64,000 nucleotides of DNA from Octopus sinensis (lineage: Eukaryota). The stretch is from contig NC_043006.1 in assembly GCF_006345805.1 (NCBI RefSeq), positions 98,022,001 through 98,086,000 on the forward strand, written 5' to 3'. Positions 13,757 to 26,014 of this stretch are shown here, piece after piece (the stretch's first letter is position 1; every line of letters begins with the position of its first letter). The notes beneath the pieces were generated by a model that was given only the letters and a program-made list of their open reading frames with translations, did not search any database and was not told where the DNA came from. Both the position numbers and the translations under genes were made by a program.

Positions 13757-14138
13757 TCTTTTACTCTTTTACTTGTTTCAGTCATTTGACTGCGGCCATG
13801 CTGGAGCACCGCCTTTAATCGAGCAACTCGATCCCGGGACTTATTCTTTTGTAAGCCCAGTACTTATTCCATCGGTCTGTTTTGCCGGACCGCTAGGTGA
13901 CGGGGACGTAAACACACCAGCATCGGTTGTCAAGCAATGCTAGGGAGACAAACACAGACACACAAACACACACACGCATATATATTTATACATATATACG
14001 ACGGGCTTTTTCAGTTTCCGTCTAACAAATCCACTCACAAGGCATTGTTCAGCCCGGGGCTATAGCAGAAGACACTTGCCCAAGGTGCCACGCAGTGGGA
14101 CTGAACCCGGAACCATGTGGTTGGTTAGCAAGCTACTT
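13757..14138 (-). mobile_element. SINE family A, 3' portion (split by the insertion at 14139-16364)
   Basis: Matches the intact copies at 21321 and 57326; breaks off at ...gttagcaagctactt. Confidence 0.9.
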
Positions 14139-16364
14139 TATTTCAAAACATTTGCCATAAAGGCAGTACACAGATTAAGTTAGCTTTGCGGGCTGGACGA
14201 GGACATTAATGAGGTGAATGATAATGAAAGAAAGATGATAAGGATGGGAGAAGACAAAAAGCGCCCGCCGGCTTTCGCTTCTCTAAAACATTGTTCTTTT
14301 TAAAGATAAACCCAAAACGAGGTATTAAACCTCTTACAATTTTTTCAATTTTTGGACTTAGCAGTCCATTATTAAAAGAAAACGAGGTATTAATCCTCTT
14401 ACAATTTTTCAATTTTTGGACTTAAGTCCATTGCTAATAATACATATCGTCCTCGAAATAGCTTGTGCCCGCGCCCTCCACCATCAACCACGCCTCCCTC
14501 AGAACGTAGTCAAGTTCCGAGTTCGCGTCGCCCGGGACCAAGTTATAATCTTCATTGAGCTCCTTTAGCCCTAGCGTCACGTCGAACGCCACGGCCTCCA
14601 CAGCTACCTGCGGAGGCCATTCGGGGTCCTGTGTGAAGGCTAAAGGTGCTCCCTTGTAGTGCTCTTCCATCACTTTTTCAATTTCTCCTCCTCTATAGAA
14701 GAGGACCAATATATTCAGTTCTTTCGTTGGCGGCACAGTTTCCGCCAACGGAATTTCTTCTCTTGTCGGTGGCACAACCCCAACCGACGTAGTTCCGCGA
14801 CATTCCGGTGCTACACTGACAGCCGGTAATGTCCCGTTTTTCTTCCTCTTTTTCTTTTTTTTTCCCTTTTCAACTGAGGGAGGGTGCGTCTCCTCCGTGG
14901 CTAGAAGATACGCCTTCCTCTCCTCATCCCTATTATCCTTTGGTGAGCACCCATTGTTGCTCACCTTCCTCTTTCGGCCTCTGTTTGAGGAGTCCTCTGC
15001 TTCCTCGGCCGTTATCGTTCCCTCTTCTAGAGGGGTTTTACTTAACTGTTCCGGGATCCTATTTTGTTCCCGAGGACAGTTCTTCTTTATGTGGCTGGAC
15101 CCCAAGCACCGATGACACTTAGGGGGGCGACCCTCAAGCATCACCGGGTACCTGCACCCGGCCATTTTAAAAAAAATCTAGAAGAACCAGATTGGCTGAT
15201 TGGGTCCACAGGGTCAAAATTGCTTTTGACCCAACCCAAGCAGCCGCAGGAAGAACTTTTACATTGAGGAGCTTAGTTTCGCTGTCACCCAGACCCCGGC
15301 GGATAGTCTCCTCTATCCACTCGGGTTCTATGTCGGGTGGCAGTCCGCAGATCCAAGCTTTCATCAATTTCTTTTTTTGTACGTGGGCAGGAATAAGATT
15401 TCCTTACCCTCCAAGGGTTTGCTAGCAAATTTGCAAGCCTCTTCAGGGGTGTCAAATAGCAACCACACCGTTGCATATTTGACACCCCTGGAAATGAATT
15501 TAATTGTTGGCAAATACTCTTCCAACTCCTTCTCAATTGCCGTCTTTTCGAATAAGGCGATGGTGTCGAGTGCCTTGGAGTAGGTTCTCAACACCACCGT
15601 CCTATCTTCACGGTCTTTTAACCACTTTTTAGGTGGTATGATTTCCCACTCTAAAATTTTGTTATTTTTCATTGCCATGTTTTTTTAAAAATATATTCAA
15701 ATTAAACTCAAAAGCAGGAAAAAAAAGTTCAAAAGTCCAAATAAAATTTGATAGATTTTTGAAAAAACAAAAAGGAGAAAGCACAACAGAAGTGAAGAAA
15801 TTAACGGAAAGTCGCAATAAAGAAAAAAAAACAAAAGGGGGGGTTAAATGAAGTTCAAAAGAAAGTTAATAAACAGAAAAAACACAGCAAAAATATTCTG
15901 GCCTTGCAGTACTCCCGGCCTGGGTTGAACCTGGAACGCCGCAACTGCAACACAACCTCCACAAAAATGGGTCCGAAAGGTAATCCAATAGTGGCTTATT
16001 TTTATAATTTTTTTGCGAAGTAGTAGTTTTCACAATTCATAAAAGTTCTTCACAGCACAATACAATTCTCACAAATACGTGAGAAAAATATTTACTCAAT
16101 TTACCGAAGACGGATACGCCCCCGAAAATTTTCTCAGCGAGAAAAATATATTTGCCACATGTCGGCAGAATCAGAATTCTGAATCCAGTAGGACTTCCTG
16201 CCTGTAAAAAACAATTCTCAACAAAAACTCCCACTGGACCCAGAAAACAGAATCTTACCTTACATGGGGCTTCCAAAGTTTTCAATTCAAGACGGCTTCA
16301 ATAGCACGTCTTCACCGCTTCAGTGCCAAACACAACACTGACTCGCACATGCGCAGAAGCAACT
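14139..16364 (-). mobile_element. ORF1-only Tx1/L1-like non-autonomous retroelement (half-LINE) with 15-bp TSD
   Basis: TSD gttagcaagctactt (14124-14138) and gttagcaaagctactt (16365-16380). ~685-nt 5' UTR, one gag-like ORF, ~295-nt 3' UTR ending gaaata|aag. No EN or RT sequence recognised. Confidence 0.8.
14434..15678 (-). pseudogene. Tx1-type ORF1p (two RRM-like regions plus CCHC zinc knuckle), ~414 aa when two homopolymer indels are corrected
   Basis: Three ORF-track pieces join: ...ATVWLLFDTPEEACKF..LPTYKK / LMKAWICGLPPDIEPEWI..LDFF / KMAGCRYPVMLEGRPPKCHRCLGSSHIKKNC. The knuckle is at 15076-15117. Confidence 0.8.
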
Positions 16365-16402
16365 GTTAGCAAAGCTACTTACCACACAGCCACTCCTGCG
16401 CC
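16365..16402 (-). mobile_element. SINE family A, 5' portion (A box) of the split copy
   Basis: agctacttaccacacagccactcctgcgcc is the reverse of the family A head. Confidence 0.9.
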
Positions 16403-17881
16403 TTATGTTCTTCTGAGTGAGAAAACCCACTCATTGACGACAGGCTCCCTATTCTTAAACACCTTTGTTTGAACATATTAGCATCTTTTTACTCTCCCCT
16501 TTTTCTTCAAATGGTACATTCAACTGGAATTTGGTCAGATGAAAAGAAATATGTCTTCAAACATTTTAGACTTGTCTACTATACAAGCGCTTTTGCCACG
16601 ACCACAAAGAAGAGAAGCTAGCTGCTATTACCTTTCGGAAATGGTGTGCTGATATTTCATGTAGACTGGGCGGTTGTCAGTTTGGTCCCACGTAGCAACA
16701 GCAGTTTAATACACGCACCGTGTTGCTAATGCTTGGGCCTGGAAATGATATCGTGTAGGATGATGTCGTCATCCGGCAAATGTGTGAGACAATTTACACT
16801 GTTGGCACGTTGATGTTGTGGGTCCTAATCCGAACAGACAAAGCACGTGATGCACTTCCCTGCAAAATATTGAAATTTATTCAGTCTTCACCTTAAAAAT
16901 TCTCCAGAAGAGATTTCTCACTCTGCTCTCTTCAACCGGAGAACATATTGGGGAAACACATGCGTATATGTATGAGAATTGTTTCGGCTACATTTGCATA
17001 GGAACATACTTTACATCCTTTATCACTCATCGAATGAAATTAAATAAAAGAGGACTTTAAGAGTGCAAATATGCTCTCTCTCAAATTGCTAAATATATTT
17101 TCTTATGATGATTCACTAACAGAAGCACTCTATCTGAGGATATTGTTGTATTGTCACAGCTGGCATGGTTTTAGTCATTGCTGTACTAGAGAAAGGCTTG
17201 GGAATAAATTAAAAACAGCCACTAGTAACAAACAAGAAGCATAACAGTAATATCAACATCGATAACAAAAAACAGAATGGAAAAATATTTAAAAGGAAAG
17301 AGTTCATGAAACTTAATATAAATTAGATGGTAAATATTAATTAAATAACGGATTTTTATTATCTTACTTTTAATGAAACCACCCAACAAAGTAGAGTAGA
17401 TGCGAGGTTTTCATTTATATTTAATGTGATATCCTCGCACCATTTTGTTGATAGTAATTAAAAAATAAATAAATATGAATTTTCTTTCTACCACTACTCT
17501 ATAAACTCCTACTGGCACTTGGAAATAGTGTATGTTTGTGTGTTTTGTACGTGTTTGCGTGCGCGCGTGTGTTTTGTGTGTGTCTGTGTGTAAACTATGT
17601 TTGGCTATGTTTGTGTGCGTATATACACACAAATACATATATATATGTATCTACACACACACATATAGACACACACATATATATATATATACTCACATAC
17701 ATATATATATATGTAACTATACACACACACACATATACACATACATATATTTTTATATATATATTATATATATATATTATATATATATATATACACAAAT
17801 ATACATATATAGATATATATTACATATAAATATATATACACATATATATATACATGCACATACATATATATATACATATAC

Positions 17882-17926
<45 letters not shown>

Positions 17927-18036
17927 GAATAAATTGCAGTCAGTCAATAAGAAGAGGTAGAAACGAACATTTATTCTCAAAAGAATATAGGATAAATATA
18001 TATATATATATGTGTGTGTATATATATGTATGTATG

Positions 18037-18075
<39 letters not shown>

Positions 18076-18308
18076 TTAATCCAAACATGAAAACACAAAG
18101 AGAAAACACAACAACGCGAGAACGTGGAAACAACTATAGTTTTATTGGACGCTCAGGAAGGAAGGGAAGAAGGAGAGCTTAACGTTTCCAGCGGAACTCT
18201 TCGTCAGAAACACAGGAAAAAGAAAGATCCTGAGAAGGGAAGGGAGGAAAAAATCGCCAACGGTACACACGGCTACATACATACATACATACACACATAC
18301 ATACATGT

Positions 18309-18404
<96 letters not shown>

Positions 18405-18407
<3 letters not shown>

Positions 18408-19684
18408 TTGGTAAGAAAGCTCTTGGACACTTATTTTCTGCCTTGCAACGCCGTAGAACAATTCATAAAACAACAAAGAACAATCAAACCAAACGGTAAT
18501 CGCTCTCGTTGTCGATCAAATTTTGCCATCTTTCAGGCGAAGTTTTGAATGTTCTCATCCAGAAGTCGCGTGGATTTGAATGAATAAATTCGTAAAGGAA
18601 CGATTTCACATCTTCTTCGTTTTCGAGTATCGTATCGCCAACTGTGCGTTGCAAGGCAGAGAATAGGTAATAGTCAGAAAGAACAAGGTCAGAAGAATAC
18701 GGTGGGTGCTGCTTAAACTCCAAGCATGCCTCCTTTAGCTTCTCTGACGTCTTCTTTGCACGATGTGCTGGGGAGTTGTCTTGGTGCAACGTTATCTTCT
18801 TCAAATTTGAGCGTTTTAGGCTAGCACAATCTTTAGACGGTCTATTTGTTCGCAGTAGACATTCTTGTCAACGGTGGTATTTCGTGGGGGAAGATCCAAC
18901 ATGATCACACCACGGTAATCCCATCGAACTGAGATCATAACCTTCTTTTGCACCAGTGATCCTTTTGTCAAAGGTTTTGGATGTTGACCTTTGCTACGCC
19001 AGGATCGTCTGCGCCTCACGTTGGAGTACAGTACCCACGTTTCCTCCATAGTGATTACTGACTCCAACCAATCGAATCTTCGGCTCCGCCACAGCAGATT
19101 TTGACATGCTGTGACACGTAGTTGTTTGTCCATTTCAGTCAATTCATATGGCACCCATTTTCAAAGCTTGCTGACCTTACCGAAACTATGCAGATGGTTG
19201 ATGATCGAGACATGGGAGATGCCAAACTGTACCTCAATTTCCCGTGCAGTTTGCATTGGACCGGTTTCAATGACTTGCATCAATGCATCATCATCGATCA
19301 CTTCTGGGCGTCCGACTCGTATTTTGATCTTCCACTGAATAATTGTCACATTCAAAGCGCTGATACTTTTCGAGACAGTGCAAGGGCCAAATGCCTCGCA
19401 ATTTACTTCAGCTGCATCATGCAGAGATGTGCTATGTTTGAAGTGATACACTTTGACGCCACGCTACGCCATCTTTGGAAGAGCAATATTTTGAGCCATT
19501 TTGTGAAAAAAGTGATGTATTTCGCAAATACATTACAGAAAGCTAAAATGCTGATGAGCAAATAGAGTGATTCTGTCTTTATATAGTCACAAGAGACACG
19601 CTGGCTGCTCTTGATTGGTCGGCGACACTGATTAGTTGCGGGATTGAAGGCGGCTTGGTTGTCCAAGAACTTTCTTACCAATGT
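18405..19684 (-). mobile_element. Full-length mariner (DD34D) DNA transposon in (TA)n
   Basis: TIRs cagttggtaagaaagctcttggaca (18405-18429) and tgtccaagaactttcttaccaatg (19660-19683); TA repeats on both sides. Confidence 0.9.
18484..19499 (-). pseudogene. Mariner transposase, inactivated
   Basis: ATG at 19499; WVPYEL, LHQDNSPAH, HPPYSSDLVLSDYYLF. I counted 34 residues between D2 and D3. In-frame stops, one frameshift near 18810, and the first catalytic D reads E (ITMEETW). Confidence 0.9.
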
Positions 19685-19699
19685 AATATATATATATAT

Positions 19700-19790
19700 A
19701 TATACATATTAAACACAGGATGTGTCTCTCTGTGTGTATGTCATGTTAAAACTCGAGATCCACCCAACCGATTTTAATGAAATTTTAAAC
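19700..19790 (+). mobile_element. Possible 5' end of a non-autonomous Helitron-like element
   Basis: aaccgattttaatgaaattt resembles the motif in 10839-11211. No 3' end found. Confidence 0.35.
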
Positions 19791-20438
19791 AATAGGTCCA
19801 TGAATTGTCATGGGCCAAAGAAATTTTCAACTTCTTGCCTAATGCCGGCCCAAGGGGTAGATAAACCGCATATTAAAAGCATTTTTGTAGCGTTAATGCC
19901 CGTCACTTAAAAAGTATCCAGTCGCCTTCAACCAAGTTTGCAATAACATTCCTCGGGCTCTTCGAATTGCTGTTAACTAAAAAGATTTTCCGACGCTGAC
20001 TATGCTCCCCCCAACAAATGCAGATAAAGCAGATTTGAATATACTGCACTGGGTTTTACCTTTGTTTAGACCATTTTCCGACAATAATATATTTGACATT
20101 ATGCATTATAGGTAGCGTATAATATTTCATGGAAACCTTTTTGTCCAATTTCGCAGATTGTGAAGGCACAACAAACCCATTCATCCAATCCCCAGAAGTG
20201 CCTTGTTGGTGTTTCCTGTTTCCCATCCTGCGCAATGCGGCATGATCCGGCAGCATGTCTGCTTTCTATGTCATCCATATCTGAACTCTATAATGCAAAA
20301 TGTTCTTACAAAAAACGCACAGCTATTGGTAGCCACAATCACTTGCGCTCAACAGCGTGACAACTTCCAGAAGCTACGCTCACCACCTGCAATTAGTATC
20401 ACCCTGTGTTCCCTCCCTCGTTTAGTCGGACGAGTAAA

Positions 20439-20870
20439 TACAGGGTGCCCCAGAATTAATGATGATTTGTGTAAAATCGTGTGCATTTTCTTTAAAATTC
20501 TTATTTATGTTTATCATATTTTACATGTGTTAAAAGTGTATAAATTTTGAATATTGTTCATAATTTTATTTTCATTCCTGTTGGACCCCGCTTATTTGTC
20601 CATAACAGCTTTTTATTTTTCAATTTGGCAGCAATCATTTTCTTTGTCTCCATCCCAAAGGTGGAACAATCGTTTAGGTGAGCTTAAAGAACGCATTCAG
20701 TTAGAAGTGCAGGAGCTAACTCCTGAAATGCTTCAACATGTGTTTCACAAGGTTAAGGAGAGATTTGAATTATGCAGAGATACTGTTGAAAAACTTTAAG
20801 AAAAGTTAGACGTAAGATCTATAAAACCATTTGGTTTAGTTATAAAATTCTGTCACTTTTTAAATTTTGC
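20439..20870 (+). mobile_element. Tc1/mariner remnant
   Basis: TA|cagggtg TIR-like start; LGELKERIQLEVQELTPEMLQHVF..ERFELC resembles a transposase C-terminus. Second TIR not found. Confidence 0.5.
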
Positions 20871-20891
20871 TTAATTTCATTGAAATAGATC

Positions 20892-21272
20892 GTTATTTTA
20901 TATATCAATATAGTAATGGCAATTATATAATACACAAGGCTTTGGTCGGCACGGAGCTATAATGAAAGAGAATTTCGCAATTTCACAACGTGCGGCTTTG
21001 TTAGTTGTTGCGTTGCTCGGGTAAATTTTAAAATCAAAGATCTTCTCGACGTAAAAATCCCTTCTTTTTGTTAAGCATACTGTATCAAGGAGTATATTAT
21101 CCAAAATGTACCTCTCCTTTATAGGCGTGGCTGTGTGGTTGAGATGCTTGCTTTCCAACGTTGGGTTCAGTTCCACTATTCGGCACGTTGGGAACTTTTC
21201 ATTACAGCTCCGTGCCGACCAAAGTCTTGTGTATTATTCAATTGCCTTTACGGTATTGATATATAAAATAAC
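20892..21272. repeat. 76-bp inverted repeats (20892-20967 / 21197-21272), partly SINE-A-like
   Basis: The 41-bp SINE-like core has 2 mismatches and the similarity extends through non-SINE flank. Confidence 0.75.
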
Positions 21273-21320
21273 ACTTTGATTGTGTCTCCCGAGAATGAGT
21301 AAAATAATTACGCGACTATA

Positions 21321-21715
21321 GGCGTAGGAGTGGCTGTGTGGTAAGTAGCTTGCTTACTAACCACATGGTTCCGGGTTCAGTCCCACTGCGTGGCAACTTG
21401 GGCAAGTGTCTTCTACTATAGCCTCGGGCTGACCAAAGCTTTGTGAGTGGATTTGGTAGACGGAAACTGAAAGAAGCCCGTCGTATATATGTATATGTGT
21501 GTGTGTGTTTGTGTGTCTGTGTTTGTCCCCCTAGCATTGCTTGACAACCTATGCTGGTGTGTTTATGTCCCCGTAACTTAGCGGTTCGGCAAAAGAGACA
21601 GATAGAATAAGTACTGGGCTTACAAAAGAATAAGACCCGGGGTCGAGTTGCTCGATTAAATTCGGTGCTCCAGCATGGCCGCAGTCAAATGACTGAAACA
21701 AGTAAAAGAGTAAAA

Positions 21716-21718
<3 letters not shown>
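21321..21718 (+). mobile_element. tRNA-derived SINE family A, full length
   Basis: A box TGGCTGTGTGG, B box GGTTCAGTCCC, internal (TA)(TG) tract, (gtaaaaga)n tail. Confidence 0.9.
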
Positions 21719-21759
<41 letters not shown>

Positions 21760-22376
21760 TAAAACACTGGTTTTTTTTATTTGTAGACTTCTCTGGTTTA
21801 AGTTTTTGCAGATTACAACGGATATAGCGAAAACTGTGGATAGCAGTCAAATGAAGCGTAGTTACAGTGTAAAAGCCATCCCCGAGGCATTTTCAACCAC
21901 GCTGAATGTGCATGAACGCTTTGAATGCAGGTGATTGTAAAATAGTGAACTATCTATGATATAACTTAACTTCAGTTTCTCAAACAAATTTCTGAGAGTA
22001 ACGGATATGTAGAAGGGAGAAGCTTTTTGAGAGTACCGGATAAATTATGCAGGAGTATTTAGAGAAAGGAAAATGAATGGAAGAAGTATATTAGTCAGGT
22101 AACAACAAGTCTTTGAAATTCAAAATGATATAAGGAGCTGGACATAAAGGTTAAAAGGAGAGGAAATTAAAAGAAATTTTCTGTACATAGACGACCATAC
22201 TCACATATAATAAATACGGAAAACTTACAATTATGATAAAGAATACGAAGTTGACTAGAGGATAAGAGTCGATCATTCATCCTGCAAGTTTATGGTAAAC
22301 CGTAGATTAATGCTGAATCTGCAAACTTGATGGTTCTTGAACTTGCATAGTAAATTGGAAATGTAACTTCAGCTTT

Positions 22377-22444
<68 letters not shown>

Positions 22445-22926
22445 AATGTTGTAATGAGCGTTAAGTAGGTGATCGCTCGGGCATGCATATACGCGTAAAC
22501 GCACTTACAAGCAACACAGAAACAGACACACACATAATACATCACAAATATAAGCACTCACAATACATTGACACACATATACACACGTATAGAAGTACAG
22601 GCATATGAATATATAAACAAAGTCACCGACATGTGTGCAATACAATATGCTTATGTATAAATATTGACATATGTGTGTGTGTGTGTGTTGTATGTGTGTG
22701 TGTGTGTGCATGTGCGTGTGCATACGTATTTACACCTATATCTTCATGTATGTGTGTGTAATAATATAACTATGTATATATGTGTGTTGGTGTGTAAGTA
22801 GCTATATATATCATAGTTATACACAAATACACACACATGAACACACGCATATATACATGAATGTATGTATATATATACATATCTATAAATGTATACATAT
22901 ACTCATATATATATAATATATATGCA

Positions 22927-22983
<57 letters not shown>

Positions 22984-23529
22984 ATATATATATGTATATA
23001 TATATGTATATATATATATATATATATAATATATATATATGTATATATATATGTATATATATATATATATTATATGGATGTATATATAATTTATATATAT
23101 ATGTATGTATATATATATAAATATGTATGTATATCATAAACCTCATTTTTAAAAAAGTATATTGAACACTATTGTCTAAAATATAGACATTAAGATTATA
23201 TTTCAAACCCTTCATACTGTTTAATGCGTTGCTAAAATTGAATTTTATACAACTAATGGGATTCTGTGTAATAATGATTTTAATGATTGTATAGCATAAA
23301 CACACCGTCATGTCTATGGCGTCTGCATACCTACTAATCGAGTAAATTACCACTCTACTTACATACCTACATACACAGGTGTATTTAAAAGTGCATGCAT
23401 ATATATACATGATTGCATGCGTTGATACAGATGGGCCTGCACACATACTCACATACATACATACATTACACATTTAAATACACATATAAATGTACATACG
23501 TACATATATATATATATACATGTGTATGC

Positions 23530-23589
<60 letters not shown>

Positions 23590-24168
23590 CATACATATAT
23601 ATATATATACATATATATATACATATGTCAATCCTTATACACATACACACACACACGCTCAAATCCTCTTATCATACATATTCATGTGTGGTCGTTGGTG
23701 ATTTTATGTGCAAGGAGGAAATGAACTGACTGGCAATACTGTAATTTTCATTGAAATTATAATTCATCTAGATAAATGATATAAATTCAGAGCAAATATA
23801 TAACTTTTGAACCCATCTCCCATACAACGCCATGCAAGATTTTAACCTATATATACAAGGAAAGAATGTATTTCGTAGCGTAAGTATGTATATTAAAGGC
23901 TTGAAACAATGAAGACGATAACATAACTTCAAGGTAATAAAATTAATCGTGTGTAACTCAATATAATGCCGTATTAATTTATGCTAATTAACTCAGATAT
24001 GATGGCAAAAGATGAGGAGATAGATGGAGAGACACAATGTGAGAAAACGAAGCATGAAAATAGAGGAAAGGAAGGAAAGAATGAATGAAAACGGAGAAGA
24101 AATACTACATTGAAAGATTAACTCCTGTTGTGTATTTCTTTTAATATTAAAGGTCACGACCCGGGGAT

Positions 24169-24774
24169 CTGGCACAAACGTTAGCACGGCGGGAGAAATG
24201 CTAGGTGGTATTTCGTCTGCTGCTACGTTCTGAGTTCAAATTCCGCCGAGATCGACTTTGCCTTTTTTCCTTTCGTGGTCGATAAATTAAGTACCAGTTA
24301 CGCACTGGGGTCAATAGAAGCGACTTAATCTGCTTGTCTGTCCTTTTTTGTCCTCACTGTGTTCAGGCCCCTTGTTGGTAGTAAAGAAATAGGTATTTCA
24401 TCTGTCTTCATGTTCTGAGATCTAATTCCGCCGAGATTGACTTTGCCTTTCATCCATTCGGGGTCGATAAATTAAGTACCAGTTACGCACTGGGGTCGAT
24501 GTAATCAACTTAATCCCTTTGTCTATCCTTGTTTGTCTCCTCTATATTTAGCCCCTTGTGGGCAATAAAGAAATAAGAATCGTTAGCACGCCGGGCGAAA
24601 TGCTTAGTGGTATTTCGTCTGTCTTAATGTTCTGAGTTCAAATTCCCCCGAGATCGAATTTATCTTTCATCCTTTTGGGGTTCGATAAATTAGGTACCAT
24701 TTACGTACTGGCGTCGATGAAATCGACTGATTCCATCCCCAAACATTTCGGGCCTTGTTTCTAGTATAGAAAAG
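24169..24774 (+). mobile_element. Trimer of tRNA-derived SINE family B
   Basis: Three bodies gttctgagttcaaattcc...gataaattaagtaccag...ggggtcgat. The first two end gccccttgt(g/t)gg..aa/agtaaagaaata; the third ends gggccttgtttctagtatagaaaag. Confidence 0.9.
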
Positions 24775-25046
24775 AAAAAAAATCTTTAGCACATAGGACA
24801 AAGTGTCTAGCAAAATTTCTTCAACCATTACATCCTGGGTTCAAATGTTGCAGAAGTTGACTTTGCTTTACAAAATAAGTACCACCTGAAAACTTAAGGC
24901 GATGTGATCGACGTAGCTATGGTTTTGTGCTAAAATTTCACGCTATTATTACGGATGACGAATATGGTGGCCTAAAAGAGTACTCGTTAATGTATAAAAG
25001 ACGTGGATCTGTCATACAACCTGTAATACCAAAAAAAAAAATGAAG

Positions 25047-25455
25047 AGGAGTGGCTGTGTGGTAAGTAGCTTGCTAACCAACCACATGGTCCCGGGTTCA
25101 GTCCCACTGCGTGGCATCTTGGGCAAGTGTCTTCTGCTATAACCCCGGGCCGACCAATGCCTTGTGAGTGGATTTGGTAGACGGACACTGAAAGAAGCCT
25201 GTCGTATATATGTATATATATGTATGTATGTGTGTGTTTGTGTGTCTGCTGTGGTTGTCCCCCTAGCATTGCTTGACAACCGATGCTGGTGTGTTTACGT
25301 TCCCGTCACTTAGCGGTTCGGCAAAAGAGACCGATTGAATAAGTACTGGGCTTACAAAGAATGAGTCCCGGGGTCGATTTGCTCGACTAAAGGCGGTGCT
25401 CCAGCATGGCCGCAGTTAAAATGACTGAAACAAGTAAAAGAGAGAAAGAGAAAGA
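25047..25455 (+). mobile_element. SINE family A
   Basis: Colinear with 21321-21718. Confidence 0.9.
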
Positions 25456-26014
25456 TACTAAATATACTACTGCTCCAATCTTAGTGCTAAAATATAATTT
25501 GCCTCTGTTTTACTGAAAATTGCTCCTTTCCATGAACTTGCAGTTCTTAGTTGTCAACATTTTTAACTGAGACATTATATGTGTTATAAATCTTGACCAC
25601 CCTACAACGCTAATTTCCAGATGTACATAGCACCCAAAAGATGTACAACCTCTGGTCAAACTTCCATTCAGAAAAATGATGAGTAATTGAAATAAACCTG
25701 TTAAACTGGCCAAAAGAAAAAAAATGCATCACAATTTAATATTTAGCTAAAATGATAATTCCATTATTCTGTCACACAAATTGAAAACAAGGGTAATTTT
25801 CTTGTACTATATGACATGGTTGGCCTAGGCCATATTTTCAGAATATTTCGAGGCATATCACGCCGGGTGATATGCATACATATACGGAAATTCGTTGTGC
25901 ATACATACGCGCGCCCATGTGGGTACGTGCACATGCACGAAGAAATAAAATAAGCAGCACCCACAACACCCATATATATCTATGTGGGTGTGTGCGTGTG
26001 AGTGGGTGTATGTG

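Noticed and set aside
14314-14432. CRISPR-like repeat
   Set aside because: Only two units with no unique spacer, in a eukaryotic retroelement context with no cas genes.
15169-15378. Programmed ribosomal frameshifting in the ORF1
   Set aside because: The two shifts are in opposite directions and cancel out. The first lacks an in-frame X XXY YYZ heptamer and the second needs +1 at a -1-type site. Homopolymer indels are simpler.
16560-16900. GC-richer stretch as an exon or transposon relic
   Set aside because: All frames I translated contain stops and show no motif I recognise.
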